A stretch of DNA of 64,000 nt, taken from Octopus bimaculoides. Lineage: Eukaryota. A model generated the notes under the pieces. The model ran no database searches, was not told the origin of the DNA, and saw only the letters and a program-made list of their open reading frames with translations. Within the stretch, counting starts at the first letter, position 1; the number at the start of each line of letters is the position of its first letter. The stretch lies in contig NC_068984.1 of assembly GCF_001194135.2 (NCBI RefSeq), forward strand, positions 89,313,957 through 89,377,956, given 5' to 3'. A program made the position numbers and the translations under genes. Positions 1 to 13,168 of the stretch are shown here, piece by piece.

Positions 1-36
<36 letters not shown>

Positions 37-38
<2 letters not shown>

Positions 39-360
39 TAGCAGAGATACCCAACATTGCTCAGGATTAAAATGGCATAGTTTTTTATTGTTTTACTTGT
101 GTGTGTATATATATATATATTTGTATGTACACACACACAATGTAAATGCATCAATTAAATGCACGCAATAAGAATACCATAGAATTGTGGTCAAAATCAA
201 TAGTGTGAAAAGCAATGCACTACATAAAGAAGTCTTATGTTGTGATCCAACATAAGATTTTTATGTTCATATACATATAAACATATGAAATAATTATATT
301 AGAAAGATATGGACAGGAAGAGAGAGAGAGTATTATGATGTGCTTAAATAGCGAGAAAAT
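37..360 (-). mobile_element. Helitron-like non-autonomous element 3' end
   Basis: Minus strand reads CCTGAGCAATGTTGGG (decayed hairpin) ...TGCTAGT into (TA)n. The 5' extent is a guess. Confidence 0.4.
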
Positions 361-418
361 GTTTTAAAATTGAAGTAAAACATGCTGATACTAAATTGTA
401 TTTTATATTTTACTTTAA

Positions 419-616
<198 letters not shown>

Positions 617-744
617 TAATTACTTATCTTCCTTCTTTTACTTTGTCATCATCAATGTAGTTGCTGTTAGCGATGGGGATTTTAATTAATTAACATATGT
701 ATGGAAGTGTCTTCTTATTAGTGTTAATATTAAATATCCATCTA

Positions 745-945
745 TTAAGGCAGCAAGCTGGCAGACTTGTTAGCATGTTGGGTAAAGTGCTTGGTAGCAT
801 TTTGTCTCTCTTTACATTCTGAGTTCAAATTCTGCTGAGGTTGACTTTACCTTACAGGGTCAATAAAATAAATACCAGTTGAGCATTGGGATCAATGTAA
901 CTGACTTTTTGCTGGCCTTGTGCCAAAATTTCAAACCAATATTAA
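745..945 (+). mobile_element. tRNA-headed SINE with Nin/Deu-like central domain (family A)
   Basis: A-box-like TGGCAGA, B-box-like GTTCAAATTC, central GTTGACTTT...GGTCAATAAAATAAATACCAG. Many other copies occur in the window. Confidence 0.7.
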
Positions 946-1399
946 ATATCTATATTTTCTAAGTATTTGCATATTATTTATTTAAGATAGTCACCTTTCT
1001 TTCATCCTAACTTTTGTTTATGTTAAAACCATATCACCTATCTGTTAGATTATTGTTTTTCTCTCGGAAAATCTGAGTTTTTCTTCTGCAATAGATTGGT
1101 CCATTAGGGATATTGATGAACAGATAATCCACCACCTGTACGGTATTCATGTTACATCAGTAATTTTTTAATATTTTATATTATTCACAAATAACTCATT
1201 TAGGGATTTGAAGCTGGCTTTGTAGTTGTCAAGAGATTATCAAGTTACATGGGCAGTAATTCATATTCCATCATTAATATAGTGCTGTATCTGTGACAAA
1301 GACACTTAGCTCTCAATTCCTCAGTGTAATTAGTTGTATAAATATACCTAGTACCATTGTCATCCATCTGTCCATTTTCTGCACCCACTATTCCTTGGT

Positions 1400-1735
1400 G
1401 ATTGTAGGGGTAGCGTCCTCAGGTACTTACTCTACTTACTTCCTATCAGAAGCCGCTATCATTAGACTTTCTGGCTGGATTCCCAAGTACGATCAACTGA
1501 GACTATGGAAGTTATCCAACCATCTCATTCTTAGTCTGCCCTTAGGTCTCCTGCCAGTTGGCTTGGCTTGAAGAATCTGTCTTGGGATTCTTTCCTGTGA
1601 CGTATGTGTGTAGTACTGGAGCTGTGACAGTTTAGTGCATTGAAGTAGTGACTTGAGCTGAAGAAACTCCCTGATCTCTGACTGCAACCTGTTGAGTGAT
1701 GTCAGTACAGAGAGCCTTTGGAGGAACCCCATCTT
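1400..1735 (-). mobile_element. RTE-clade LINE ORF2 C-terminal fragment
   Basis: ORF 1493..1732 has ERIPRQILQAKPTGRRPKGRLRMRWLD, the RTE-type G.R..GRP..RW motif. Confidence 0.7.
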
Positions 1736-1889
1736 GGCTCCTTGTATTTGTGATAGTAGTCTTCCATTTATTCCCCAACATTCATGACCATAGGTGATAT
1801 ATAATTAATGAATTTTTCCTTAGCTTGCAGTGCTGCGCTCAAAACATTCTGTGGCTAAAATTAGTGTTGGACTATTAAGAAAGAGAAAT

Positions 1890-3152
1890 ACCTGAAAAGT
1901 TCATAGGTTGGCTATGAAGGAGTGATGCTAGAGCTGTGAAACCTTGCATGCATTAATTTCAACTCTTATTAAAAACTGCATTGTTTCTTTCCAGGTAAAC
2001 TCACATCTGACTGTTCAAAGACTCTAAAAGTAACTGGTAGCAACTTCTCTTGAAAATGAACAAAATTTGGTGTCATGACGTTATGAAGTACCTGCAGAAA
2101 ATGGGTTTTATTCCCAACAACATTCATACTGATATGGTTGCTACATTAGGAGATGACGCACCAGCTGTATCAACAGTGCAAAAGTCAGCAGCTGAATTTA
2201 GGAAGGGAAGGGAGAATCTTGAAGATGACCCAACATCATGCAACTGCCACCACCAAGAGAAACATTGATCATGTTCATCACATGGTGATAGAAAACATGA
2301 TTGACTGTAAATTAAATAGCCAATGTTATTAGCATATCCCGTAAGAGAGTTAAGAATATTCTGCACAATGAATGTAGTATGATGAAGGCTTCTGCTTGGT
2401 GGGTGCCATGTCTTCTGACACCTGATCAAAAGCGTGCCAGACTGAGATCACATCGGTGGGAAATCTGGCATTGATCCAGCTGGCTTCCTTGAATGTTTCC
2501 TAAGCCAAGAAGAGTTCTGGGTTTGTCATTTTGAGACAAAGACAAAGGGAGAATCCATGCAGTGGAAAAACCCCTTCTCACCTGCTCCAAAGAAGGCCAA
2601 GTTAGTTTCATCTGCAGAGGTGGTGATGGCCTCAGTTTTTTGGGATGTAAAAGACATTGTGTTTATTGACTATCTTCAGAAGGGCTACATCATCAATGTA
2701 TAGTACTAAGCCAACTTGCTGAGGTAGTTATGAAAGGCTATCAAGACCAAACACCCAGGAAAACTGATGAAAGGGGTCTTGTTTCATCAGGACAATGCTT
2801 GAGCACACAAGTCCTTGGCTTCAATGGCTGTTGTGCATGACTGGCTTTGAACTGGTTGATTACCCTCCCTATTCTCCTGATTTGGCCACATCTCACTATC
2901 ATCTGTTCCCCAACATGAAAAGACACTTGACTGAGAACCAATATGGCAGTGATGATGACGTCATATCTGCTGCTGATGACTTTTCTGATCAACTTGCTGA
3001 AAACTTCTTCCCCATTGGGATCCAAGCACTGCAACACCAATGGAGTAAGTGTGTGCTCTGCCAGGGAGACTATATTGAAAAATAAACCTCATTTGGTTGC
3101 ATTCCATGAGGGTATTTTGGTCAGCCTATGAACTTGTCAGCCGATCCTCATA
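1890..3152 (+). mobile_element. Near full-length decayed mariner (DD34D) inside the U12 intron
   Basis: Transposase pieces MNKIWCHDVMKYLQK...AAEFRKGRENLEDD, WVPCLLT, FHQDNA and YSPDLA. TIR match TGAAAAGTTCATAGG (about 1893) with CCTATGAACTTGTCA (about 3125). Stops and frameshifts present. Confidence 0.9.
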
Positions 3153-3843
3153 TGAAAGTGGAAATATATTCCAGTTGAAGTTTTCCATTATACACTATTA
3201 ACTGCAGTTGGCACATTGCTGCTAACATTTGGTCTGCTACTTAAGATGTTAAAATGAAATATGAGAAAGAAAATGTAAAATAATTATAATTACAAGTTAT
3301 AAATAAAATATTAGTGAAAAGTTAAAATAAGATAAATATATAATAATAGTTTTTAAAAAAATGTGTTCCTTGTTTTGAATCCAAATCCACACACTTAATG
3401 CTATGTACTTCACTTAATCTATATGTTAGAAAAAGGTACATTTTCTAAGAATGTCACCCACAACAGATACATTCAGATAGTGTTATATTTCTCAACATCT
3501 TAATGCTATGAAATCAGAAATAAACTGTTCATTATGAGCCTTTCTGGATTTCTTGATGACATTTATTTATTTACTTAGTTTTCTTATTTTCTTGACCCAG
3601 ATATGTTTTGGCCTCAAACGTCTGCATATGGTATCATTTAGGAAGACTTCTAACAGTTACATGGAAGTATTTCACAAAATATGAGTTATTACATAAGGTT
3701 GATATTCTGATCAATTTTACTTAATTTCTTGCATCCAAATGTCCACATCATGTATCTATTGAATCCATTTATATTTTCACTATCTTATTTGACTTTCTCA
3801 TTTTGTATTAAGTTAACTTGTTACTTGCCTTAACATTTGCTAC

Positions 3844-3920
3844 ATGTTGGTCATTGTGATTTCCTAGAAAAAGCAGCTGCAGAAGGTGACTTTGTGATAG
3901 TTGGACTACATTCAGATCAG
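3844..3920 (+). CDS. PCYT2: PCYT2 exon ((H)VGHCDFLEKAAAEGDFVIVGLHSDQ), completes the HxGH motif
   Basis: Preceded by CCTTAAC branch site and AC acceptor at 3842-3843. In frame with the previous exon (C|AT = His). GTAAGA donor at 3921. Confidence 0.95.
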
Positions 3921-4184
3921 GTAAGAAATGACAAAATATTGGTACTTTATTCATTATGCCATACAGGGTAGTTGATTTCCACATACTTCTTGGTATCATT
4001 TGAATGCCACTCTCTTTCATTAATCCTGATTACATTGTTTAAATAACAAAGTATTTTATGTGTGGCTATAGGTGTATAGTCCTTCCACCCCAATCCACTC
4101 AATATACCCTCTAATAGATGTTGCCAGTCTTGAAGGACCTGTTAAAATTATGGGTACTGTCTCTCTTCCAACTAAATAAACCTT

Positions 4185-4400
4185 TTCACTACAGACACAA
4201 GGCCTGGAATTTTGGGGAGTTTGGGGAGGGGCTAGTCAATTACATCGACCCAGTGTTCCACTGGTACTTATTTCATTGACCTCGAAAGGATGGAAAGCAA
4301 AATCAACCTTGGTGAAATTTGAACTCAGAACTTAAAGACAGACAAGATGCCGCTGAGCATTTTATCTGGCATATTAATGATTCTGCCAGCTTGTTGCTCT
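4185..4400 (-). mobile_element. Family A SINE copy
   Basis: Reverse complement of the 745-945 family, including the central domain. Confidence 0.7.
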
Positions 4401-5084
4401 CCTCCAACTAAATAATACTATTTTCCATTTTTATACACTTTTGCCACTCAACATAATGTGTAGCAGTGTACACTGTGTAGAATTAACTGTAATGTGTTAG
4501 AAGTGTACACTATGTAGAAGTTGCTGCAGTGTGTTAAAGTGCACTTATAGCAGTGTTTGTAGCATATTAGACGTATACATTGTACAGTAATGACTTTAGT
4601 CAGTTGATAGTGTGTCAACATATTTAATGTAGTGAGCATCAAACATTAACCAGAGATAATTTGGCTGCAAGGAAATGACAATTTCTCAATGATGAGTATT
4701 GTCTTTATATTAAGATGTGTTCCTACTTCATAAAATGTATAATGCTAAGGGAAGTAATGCTAATTGTAAGAAACTGTTGGTTGTTATGGTAGTGATGATG
4801 ACAATGGTGTTAATAATGGTGGAGGGAGGAAGATTCAAAGAGAGACAGAGTGTAAGAGAGAATCAAAAGATTCTAAGAAGGCTGTTTGGTGTCATTTTAG
4901 TTATTCTCTCATTCCTTTCTGCATTTGAAGTGTTTTTGAAGTGTGTCTTAGAATATCAAATCATGGCATCTTTAGCTGGAAGTATTATTTCTCTACAAGA
5001 ACTAAAAAACTGCTAAGAGTTTTGCATGTAAGTTTCTATGTGTATATTTATGTATATCAATATCTGTGTAAATACACATACATA

Positions 5085-6674
5085 CACTGGCCAAAATAAG
5101 TTTGATGACTGTTCTATTCCTTCATTAAATTATTTTTAACAAAACTATAAGATTATTTTACTTTTTACAGTTTATGTAGAATGTTTTTCTCTTTCGAATG
5201 ATATAGGCATTATATATCTTTCTACAATTTGAATAATTTTATAATTCAAATGATTAGAAACTATTAGCAAAATAAGTTTAAGACCATACCAACATTATTC
5301 TGTTTCAATTGAAAATTTACGGCACAAATGATCAACGAACAAAAATTTTGTTATTAGTATCTAGTTCCATAGCCATTATTTTCAATTACGGCCTTACAAC
5401 GATGGGACATAGAGTTGGACAAATGAGCACAAAAATCATTTGGAATCTTCTGCCATATTTCTTCGATAAAATTATATAATTGAGATACATTTGTTGGTTT
5501 TTAGCATGAACTCTTTTAGAGACATAATTCCATATCGTATTCAAATCTGGGCTCTGCAGAAGTCACTCAATAACCACCATATTATTGCGCTCAAAATATT
5601 GCAGAACTTTTCAAGCCTTATGAATGGGGCAATTGTCCTGCTGGAAAATAGATTGTGGTGGTAACTGATTATTTAAATACGGCAGCACATTTTCATTTAC
5701 TAATTGCAGATAGCCTACACTGTTCAATCTGTCATCAACCTTAACAATTGAACAAACACCTAAGCTGTTAAACACGGTCCACACCATTTCCCACCCACAC
5801 ACACACACACTCCCGCTTGTGCTGTTTTCTTGCCACACTTAGGATGGAATTCTTCTGTTGGACAGTATCTAACACAAGTCTTTCCATCTGATCCAAAGAT
5901 GCAGAAGCGGGATTCATCGTTCCAAAGAACTTTTGATCAGTCTTTGGCTGTCCATTCAATATGGCTTTTAGCAAACTTGATCTGCTTCTGCTGGTTTGTC
6001 TCAGAAATTATTGGCTTCTTTTGAGCGATCTGGCCAAACAATCCAATTTCTTTTAGGTGATTTCTAAAAGTTTGTGGTGTAAAGCTTATATCAGTTTCAT
6101 TAGATAACTGCTTGCAAATGTCCACTGTTGTTAGCATTCGGTTACCTTCAGAAAGCCTATGAATTTACCGATCCATCTGTACTGTTGTTTTTCTCAGAGC
6201 ACCCATTCTTTGTTGATCTTTGTATTAACCAGTGGCTTGTTAAAGCTTTCACGCTTGAAAACAAGCCATTTTGCTGCATCCTAATTACTTGCTAATGTTA
6301 ATGAAGGGCACATTTTGCTGATGAAACAACACGAGCTCTGATCTAGTAACTGGGCTTATACTATGATGCTTTCCCATAGCAAATTAATGTGTAACAATGC
6401 TCGATTGTTAAACAAAACAGTGCAGTACGACCAGCCACATGACCACCCATTTAGTTTATTAATTTGCATAATCTTGGTATGGTCTTAAACTTATTTTGCT
6501 GACAATTTCTAATCATTTGAATTAATTGCACATTAAAATTATTTGAAATGTAGATAGAGAAAAAAATTCTACATAAACTGTAAAAAGTAAAATAATTTTA
6601 TACAGTCTTGTTAAAAATATATTAATGAAGGAATAGAATTGTCATTATCAGTCTTAAACTTATTTTGGTCAGCG
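5085..6674 (-). mobile_element. Tc1-family transposon with IR/DR-type TIRs of about 200 bp, decayed transposase
   Basis: TA flanks at 5083-84 and 6675-76. TIRs 5085-5290 and 6476-6674 each hold two AAATAAGTTT repeats. Transposase motifs KKPIISETN, VLWNDESRF, FQQDNCPIHK and QSPDLN. Confidence 0.92.
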
Positions 6675-7948
6675 TATGTAATGGCTATAAGCAGGAGTTA
6701 GGGTTTAACTAATGACATAGTTGTATCAAGTATATTTGAAATATCAAGTTAATTGGTGCCTTTAAGCATTTAATTAAGCATATCAGCACAAGTAATTATT
6801 TTTAAGTTTGGTACATATTTGAACAATGTGTATTTGTCAAAGCACTGGTTTTAAGTGACATGAAAGTAAACAGACACTCACACATACATGCATAAACACA
6901 CACACACAACGATGGGCTCCCATACTGTTTCTGACTACTGAATTTCACTCAGTGCATTAATCATCTTTAGGCTGCAGTAGAAAACTCTTTCTTTCCTGGG
7001 CACTACACAATTGGACCAAATCTGGAACCACATGGTTACAAAATACACATCTTAACTATACAGCTAAGCTTCAGAACACTGATCCTATAGATCTTTGTGA
7101 TATAAATAGGGGCTATTGTATCTGCTGTTGGTTATTAAGCAGGAAACTCTTACAGTTATGGCCCACTTGTTTTTTTTTGTTTTTTTTACATTTACCCATA
7201 GCCCACATATATTATCACATGATCTTATAACATGACTGACCAGGCTATCATGTCGTCACACATCATTGGTTACAATGTGCTTTTTGCATTGTTTTAGCCT
7301 TCAACAGACACCACCCCACTGGCTAGGCAAGCAGGCCAACATTACCCTCTGATTGAATGGGGGACTGGAGCAATGTGAAATGAAGTGTTTTGCTGAAGAA
7401 CACAATGCGATCGTGAGTGCAACAGCCTAACCACTAGACCACGCACCTTCACACATATCTTATATCCTATACCACACATATTTTATGTTCTATCTTATAT
7501 ATAAAAGATATCTCTAAGTCAGAGTATCTTCTAGTCTCTAACTGTTGCTTACATAAGCTTTGTCAGTGATAAAGAAATCATGATATAAAAAACTATCTAA
7601 ACACAATCAACTACTCAATGGCCCACAAATACATTAATCTTGAAAAAACTTTATGCAAAAGTTGAGACCTACAGAGAACACCCTAATGGCTTTGTTGTGA
7701 GAGCAACCCATTTTTTGTTTCCCTACGCTGAGAAGAAACTAGAAATCAAACTTGGATGCCATCCATTATGTAGAACTCAAGATGGATGCCAGTGTGTCAG
7801 AATGGTATCTTGGGATGGGTAAGAAGTTATGAGGCTGAAAGTGTAAAGAGCAAAAACTTTATATTTTACATTCCTGAAGTTCCACTGATATGAATTTTGT
7901 AGTGTGGTGAAATAAGTCTGCATCAGTGTCAGTACATATTGTAAAGCT

Positions 7949-7981
<33 letters not shown>

Positions 7982-8426
7982 GCATCTATAGAAATCCACA
8001 CCTTACAAGATAGCAATTTGGGAGTCGCACCAATGGATTCCTCATGGTCGAAAATGCCTGGAATCGACCATTTATTTATTTTTTTCTTCCTTCCTAACAG
8101 GTGAATTTTTGCATTAAAAATAATTTTAAACCATAACTTCTAATAATTTTCAAGTCGGAGAAATACACCATTTGCAAACATGAGTTAAGTCCCCTTCTAG
8201 CAACGATGTAACGAGAAAAAGAGAGAGAGAGAAAGACAACAGATTTTTAAAATTTCATCTTTTTAGTGAGTGATACACAATATAAATGATATTCTCCGTT
8301 TCTCCACAACTAATTTCCAAATTTGCTGAATCCGTTGCTCTACTCATAGCAAGTAGACACGCTCCTTCGCAAACGATCAGCTATTATTTTGTAAACAATG
8401 TTACGAAACTGTTCATGTTTTCGAAA

Positions 8427-8820
8427 GGATGGCTGCGTGTTACGAAGTTTGTTTCCCAACCACATGGTTCTGAGTTCAGACCCACTGCATGGCACCTTGG
8501 GAACAAGTGTCTTCTATAACTTCGGGCCAACCAAGGCCTTGTGAATGAATTTGGTAGACGGAAGCTGAAAGAAACCCATCAATTGTGCGTGTGTGTGTGT
8601 GTGTCTTTGTGTCTGTGTTTGTCCTCCACCACCGCTTAACAACCAGTGTTGGTATATGTATGTCCCTGTAACTTAGCAGTTTGGCAAAGAGACTAATAGA
8701 ATAAATACCAGGCTTAAAGAAAAATAAATAAATAGGTACTAGAGACAGTTCATTCAACTAAAAATTCAAGTTGGTGCCCCAACCTGGCTGCAGACTGAAA
8801 CAAATAAAAAAAGATGAAAG
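8427..8820 (+). mobile_element. tRNA-headed SINE with internal (TG)n (family B)
   Basis: TGGCTG.GTG head, GGTTCTGAGTTCAG, GGCACCTTGGG...GTGTCTTCTA body. Repeated at about 27250, 31121, 39200 and 55668. Confidence 0.75.
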
Positions 8821-8855
8821 GGATTTCTAATGGAAATAAAAGACCAGTGATATAA

Positions 8856-9062
<207 letters not shown>

Positions 9063-9650
9063 TGAAGACATTTGCATCAAGAAGTGATGATCTCTAATTG
9101 TGGAGGGAACATATGGAAAGGGTAGATTTAGGAAGATGTGAGATGAAGTGGTGAAAAAGGATCTTCAGATGTCGGGCCTCACAGAGGAGATGACAAGGGA
9201 CCGAAACTCCTGGTGGTTTGCTCTACTTGAGAAGACACATCAAACTAAGTAAGATCGTGGTTGACCTTGCATACAAGTATTTTGCCTGCTAAACATAATG
9301 CACTTAAATCTTGTTGAATTTTTGTATAGGTTATCGTTAATTCATACATTGCAATCATAGAATATTATTAGTTGTTATTGTAATTTTACAATTTAAACTC
9401 TAACATAAGCACTGGTTGTCTTGTGTGTATATATATCATATTTGAAAAAAGAAAAGGAATGACTTCATTGGTAGTTCTAATCAGTTTTAATTTATTATTT
9501 TTTAATAATATAAATTTTATCAAACTAAAGGATTTATATTATTAAAAAATAATAAATTAGACTGATTAGAACTACCAGTGAAGTCATTCTTTTTCTCTAT
9601 TCAAATATACCCTAACTACAAAGGATCTCACACACTTTCCTATATATATA

Positions 9651-9800
9651 NNNNNNNNNNNNNNNNNNNNNNNNNNNNNNNNNNNNNNNNNNNNNNNNNN
9701 NNNNNNNNNNNNNNNNNNNNNNNNNNNNNNNNNNNNNNNNNNNNNNNNNNNNNNNNNNNNNNNNNNNNNNNNNNNNNNNNNNNNNNNNNNNNNNNNNNNN
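9651..9800. other. Assembly gap (150 N) in a (TA)n tract
   Basis: N run. Confidence 1.
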
Positions 9801-9827
9801 ATATATTTATATATATATATATATATA

Positions 9828-10170
9828 TCATCATCATCATCATCATCATCATCATTGTTTAATTCCGCTTTCCATGCTAGCATGGGTTGGACGATTTGAC
9901 TGAGGACTGGTGAACCAGATGGCTACACCAGGCTCCAATCTGATTTTGCAGAGTTTCTACAGCTGGATGCCCTTCCTAATGCCAACCACTCTGAGAGTGT
10001 AGTGGGTACTTTTACATGCCACCAACACGAAGGCCAGTCAAGCAGTACTGGCAAGGGTCACGCTCGAAATGGTGTATTTTACGTGCCACCTGCACAGGGG
10101 CCAGTCCAGTGGTACTGGCAATGAACTCACTCGAATGTCTTTTCACGTGCCAGAAAGGCAACGTTGGTAA
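9828..10170 (-). mobile_element. 3' end of an RTE-associated retroelement with (GAT)n tail
   Basis: (TCA)n followed by GTTTAA..CCATGCTAGCATGGGTTGG. Same family as 15866, 27410, 28540, 29970 and 57520. Confidence 0.7.
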
Positions 10171-10265
10171 CGGTCATATAGTACTTCCTTTATAAACTGA
10201 GATTGTTAATATTACAATACTCAGAAACAGGCTAGAATTGAAGTGCTCAAAATGAGCTAAGATTC

Positions 10266-10791
10266 AAATTATAGTTTGAATGGAGACAATACAGGTGGAA
10301 AACCATAGGAACAATACCCCATCTCCAACAAAAGATTTAATATACGTGTTGTGCATGTTCCTTTTTCTTCGTTATAGTGTATATTATATCTATTTTCTGT
10401 ATTGTACATGTTCTTATAATATAATACATGTAAATTTTGTAATATCATATCGTATATATTTATTCACTATATGTTATATCATACTGAAGGTTTATGTTTC
10501 GTATTACATCGTCTTATATTGGATAATATTTTTGTATGGCTCAGAAATTAGGAATACTTATAAATATTTTTAAACATTCTTTATATTTTTGAAGTTTACG
10601 TGTTTATATGCTGGTATACTTTTATTTTATTTTATTTTATTTCATTTTTGGTATTTTTGCTACTGAGAATTGTGTATAATTATTGATTCAAGGAGGATAT
10701 GCACACACATGTATATTAAATCTTTTGTTGGAGATGGGGTATTGTTCCTATGGTTTTTTCACCTGTATTGTCTCCATTCAAACTATAATTT
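10266..10791. mobile_element. Foldback/MITE-like element with near-perfect inverted arms of about 95 bp
   Basis: 10266-10360 is the reverse complement of 10695-10791, with an AT-rich spacer. Confidence 0.8.
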
Positions 10792-10803
10792 TAATATATA
10801 TAG

Positions 10804-10843
<40 letters not shown>

Positions 10844-10995
10844 TGTCTGCAATAACAACAGTTCCCTTACTTATTGAATTAGGAGAAAATACTATTTATA
10901 ATATTATGCTTAAATTATTACAATACTGATTATATTTTTTATGAAACATCTTTATACTTGATCTTTATCTGATTAACTTTTATTGTAATTTGTAG

Positions 10996-11061
10996 TATGT
11001 ATCTGAAGTTGTCATTGGAGCACCATATGAAGTAACATCAGAACTTATGGATCATTTCAAG
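10996..11061 (+). CDS. PCYT2: PCYT2 exon (YVSEVVIGAPYEVTSELMDHFK)
   Basis: AG/GTAATT boundaries, 66 nt phase 0, YVSEVVIGAPY motif. Confidence 0.96.
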
Positions 11062-11359
11062 GTAATTTGAATATAAACTACCTTTCTTTTCTTTCTTTAT
11101 TTGCTATTACTCAATGAAATAGAGAGAGTTTTGTTTGCTAGGTGAAATCAATAATTATTACTCAGAATTCATAATCTAGAAGGGAATTCTTTTGTGACAT
11201 AGTTTTTAGTTCTATAACATAAAGAATTTCGTTTGAAGCATAACATCTTTCTTTTTTACTATTATTTTTAATAATAATTAAGTTCTTCTGCTATAATTTT
11301 TAAAATCACTCTGATAAGAAATAGTTTTATTCATGAGCTCTTAGGTAATGAAATATTAA

Positions 11360-11575
11360 TTTCAAATTTTGGCTCAAGGCCTGCAATTTCAGGGCAGGGG
11401 TTAAGTTGATTACATCAACCCCAGTGCTCCACTGATACTTAATCTATCAACCCTGAATGGATGAAAAGCAAAGTCAGCCTTGCCAGAATTTGAACTCAGA
11501 ATGTAAAGATGGACAAAATGACACTAAGTATTTTGTCCAGCATGCTAACGATTCTGTCCACTTGCCACCTTAATA
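11360..11575 (-). mobile_element. Family A SINE copy
   Basis: Similarity to other copies (AAATTTTGGC.CAAGGCC...GGATGAAAGCAAAGTC). Confidence 0.7.
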
Positions 11576-13069
11576 GGGAAAGAAATATTACCATACCAAA
11601 GACAAACAGCAACTTCTTCTTCTTGTGTTTACTGATGAATATAAATATAGTCTTTAATTCTTAAAATAATGGTAAATTCTATAATTCTATAACATGATTC
11701 AAGCTCAAATTACATATTAATACTTTTTATCATCTTTTCTCAATTATTTGTATTATTTTTATGCTATTTTCATAAAGTGTAACTTCTGAAAGTGATAAAG
11801 TAGGTGAGGAAGTTGAAATTAATTCTATTATAGATGCTCTTTTTCATGGAAATCAGATTGTTCCACATGAAAAACTTTTAATTTATAAAAATGAAATAAA
11901 AACGAAATTTTATTTAATCCCAACATTTCCAATATCTTAGCAAGTATTTCTGAAAGTTCTACAGTTTTCTCTGACATTTACATCCTTAACTGCCTTATTA
12001 CTTGTCCCCATTTAAAACTGTTATTCTGTAGTAACTTTAAATTATCTTTGTCTCATTTATGCTCTACATATTGTAGTGATATTTATGTGCCTTCTTTTAA
12101 AAGTTAGAAATGAATGTAAGTGCACATTCACATCATTATTATCACTACTGGTAACCTTGATCACTGCCACAACCCTTGCCATTACTACCATCTTTGGAAG
12201 CAACAGTCTGCAGTATGATTTATTGTCAATCACTAGCATCTTTTGTCATCTTGTCTGTAAGACTGAACATCATTAAAAACTACTGCACTTTTACCTTGCT
12301 GCTTCCTTTCTTTGTCCTCCTTTTTTTTCTTATCTGCAATTCTACTGCAACATAGATTCACGTACATTCCAGTCACTTGTTTGCTTATTTGTTGTATGTT
12401 ATTTCCTAGGAACATAAAGTTACTGGTGTGTACTTTTAGAAAAGCAAGGAGAAATAAAATGTTCAGTTTTATAACTGAGATGATAAACTGTATTTTAAAG
12501 GATCTGGATAAATTCCATGTTCCTCATTATCATTTAATAAATAATAAAATATGCATATAATTAAATATATGTGATTGTATGCAATTTTTATATTTAATTT
12601 TATCTCAAGATTCAGCCAAATCTGTTTAGTATTTTGATATAAAATAAAGATAGTGAAAGTATCAAAGCTGCTTCTTGCTTTGAAATACATGTCAAAAAAA
12701 AAAAAAAGAGAGAGAGAGAGAGAGAGAAAGAGAGACTACCAGTTATGTTAGTAGACTCTCAGCACCATACAAGAATTTTATCTCTATATTCATATAATCA
12801 TGTGATAAGGCTGCAAAGTAGGTAATTCACATAAGGACATTTGTTTGCTTTTTCCTTTGTATTTTAAATGCTTCTAACTTAATTTCCTTAATTTAAAGAA
12901 TCACCTTACTTTCCTGGTGGTAACTCTCTTAGAATTTTAATTTGATAATCCTATTAGTATTTTTGATATACTGTGTTTTTGCATATTTTGTATATTGGGT
13001 TTACCCAATTTCAGGTCACTACAGTTAACCAACCATATAATTATTCATTTTTATGTTTCATTTATGTAG

Positions 13070-13168
<99 letters not shown>

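Noticed and set aside
1890-3152. Active or domesticated transposase
   Set aside because: Multiple stops and frameshifts and a damaged left TIR. The same holds for the Tc1, maT and hAT copies.
4450-4620. Degenerate repeats of about 33 bp (AGTGTACACT..GTAGAA)
   Set aside because: Too decayed to define; probably an old minisatellite.
4717-5016. 99-aa hydrophobic ORF in a PCYT2 intron
   Set aside because: Built on GTG/GAT-type low-complexity sequence; no splice signals or family motif.
9578-9883. ORFs with X runs (also 19757-20348 and 60546-60851)
   Set aside because: Artefacts of N gaps.
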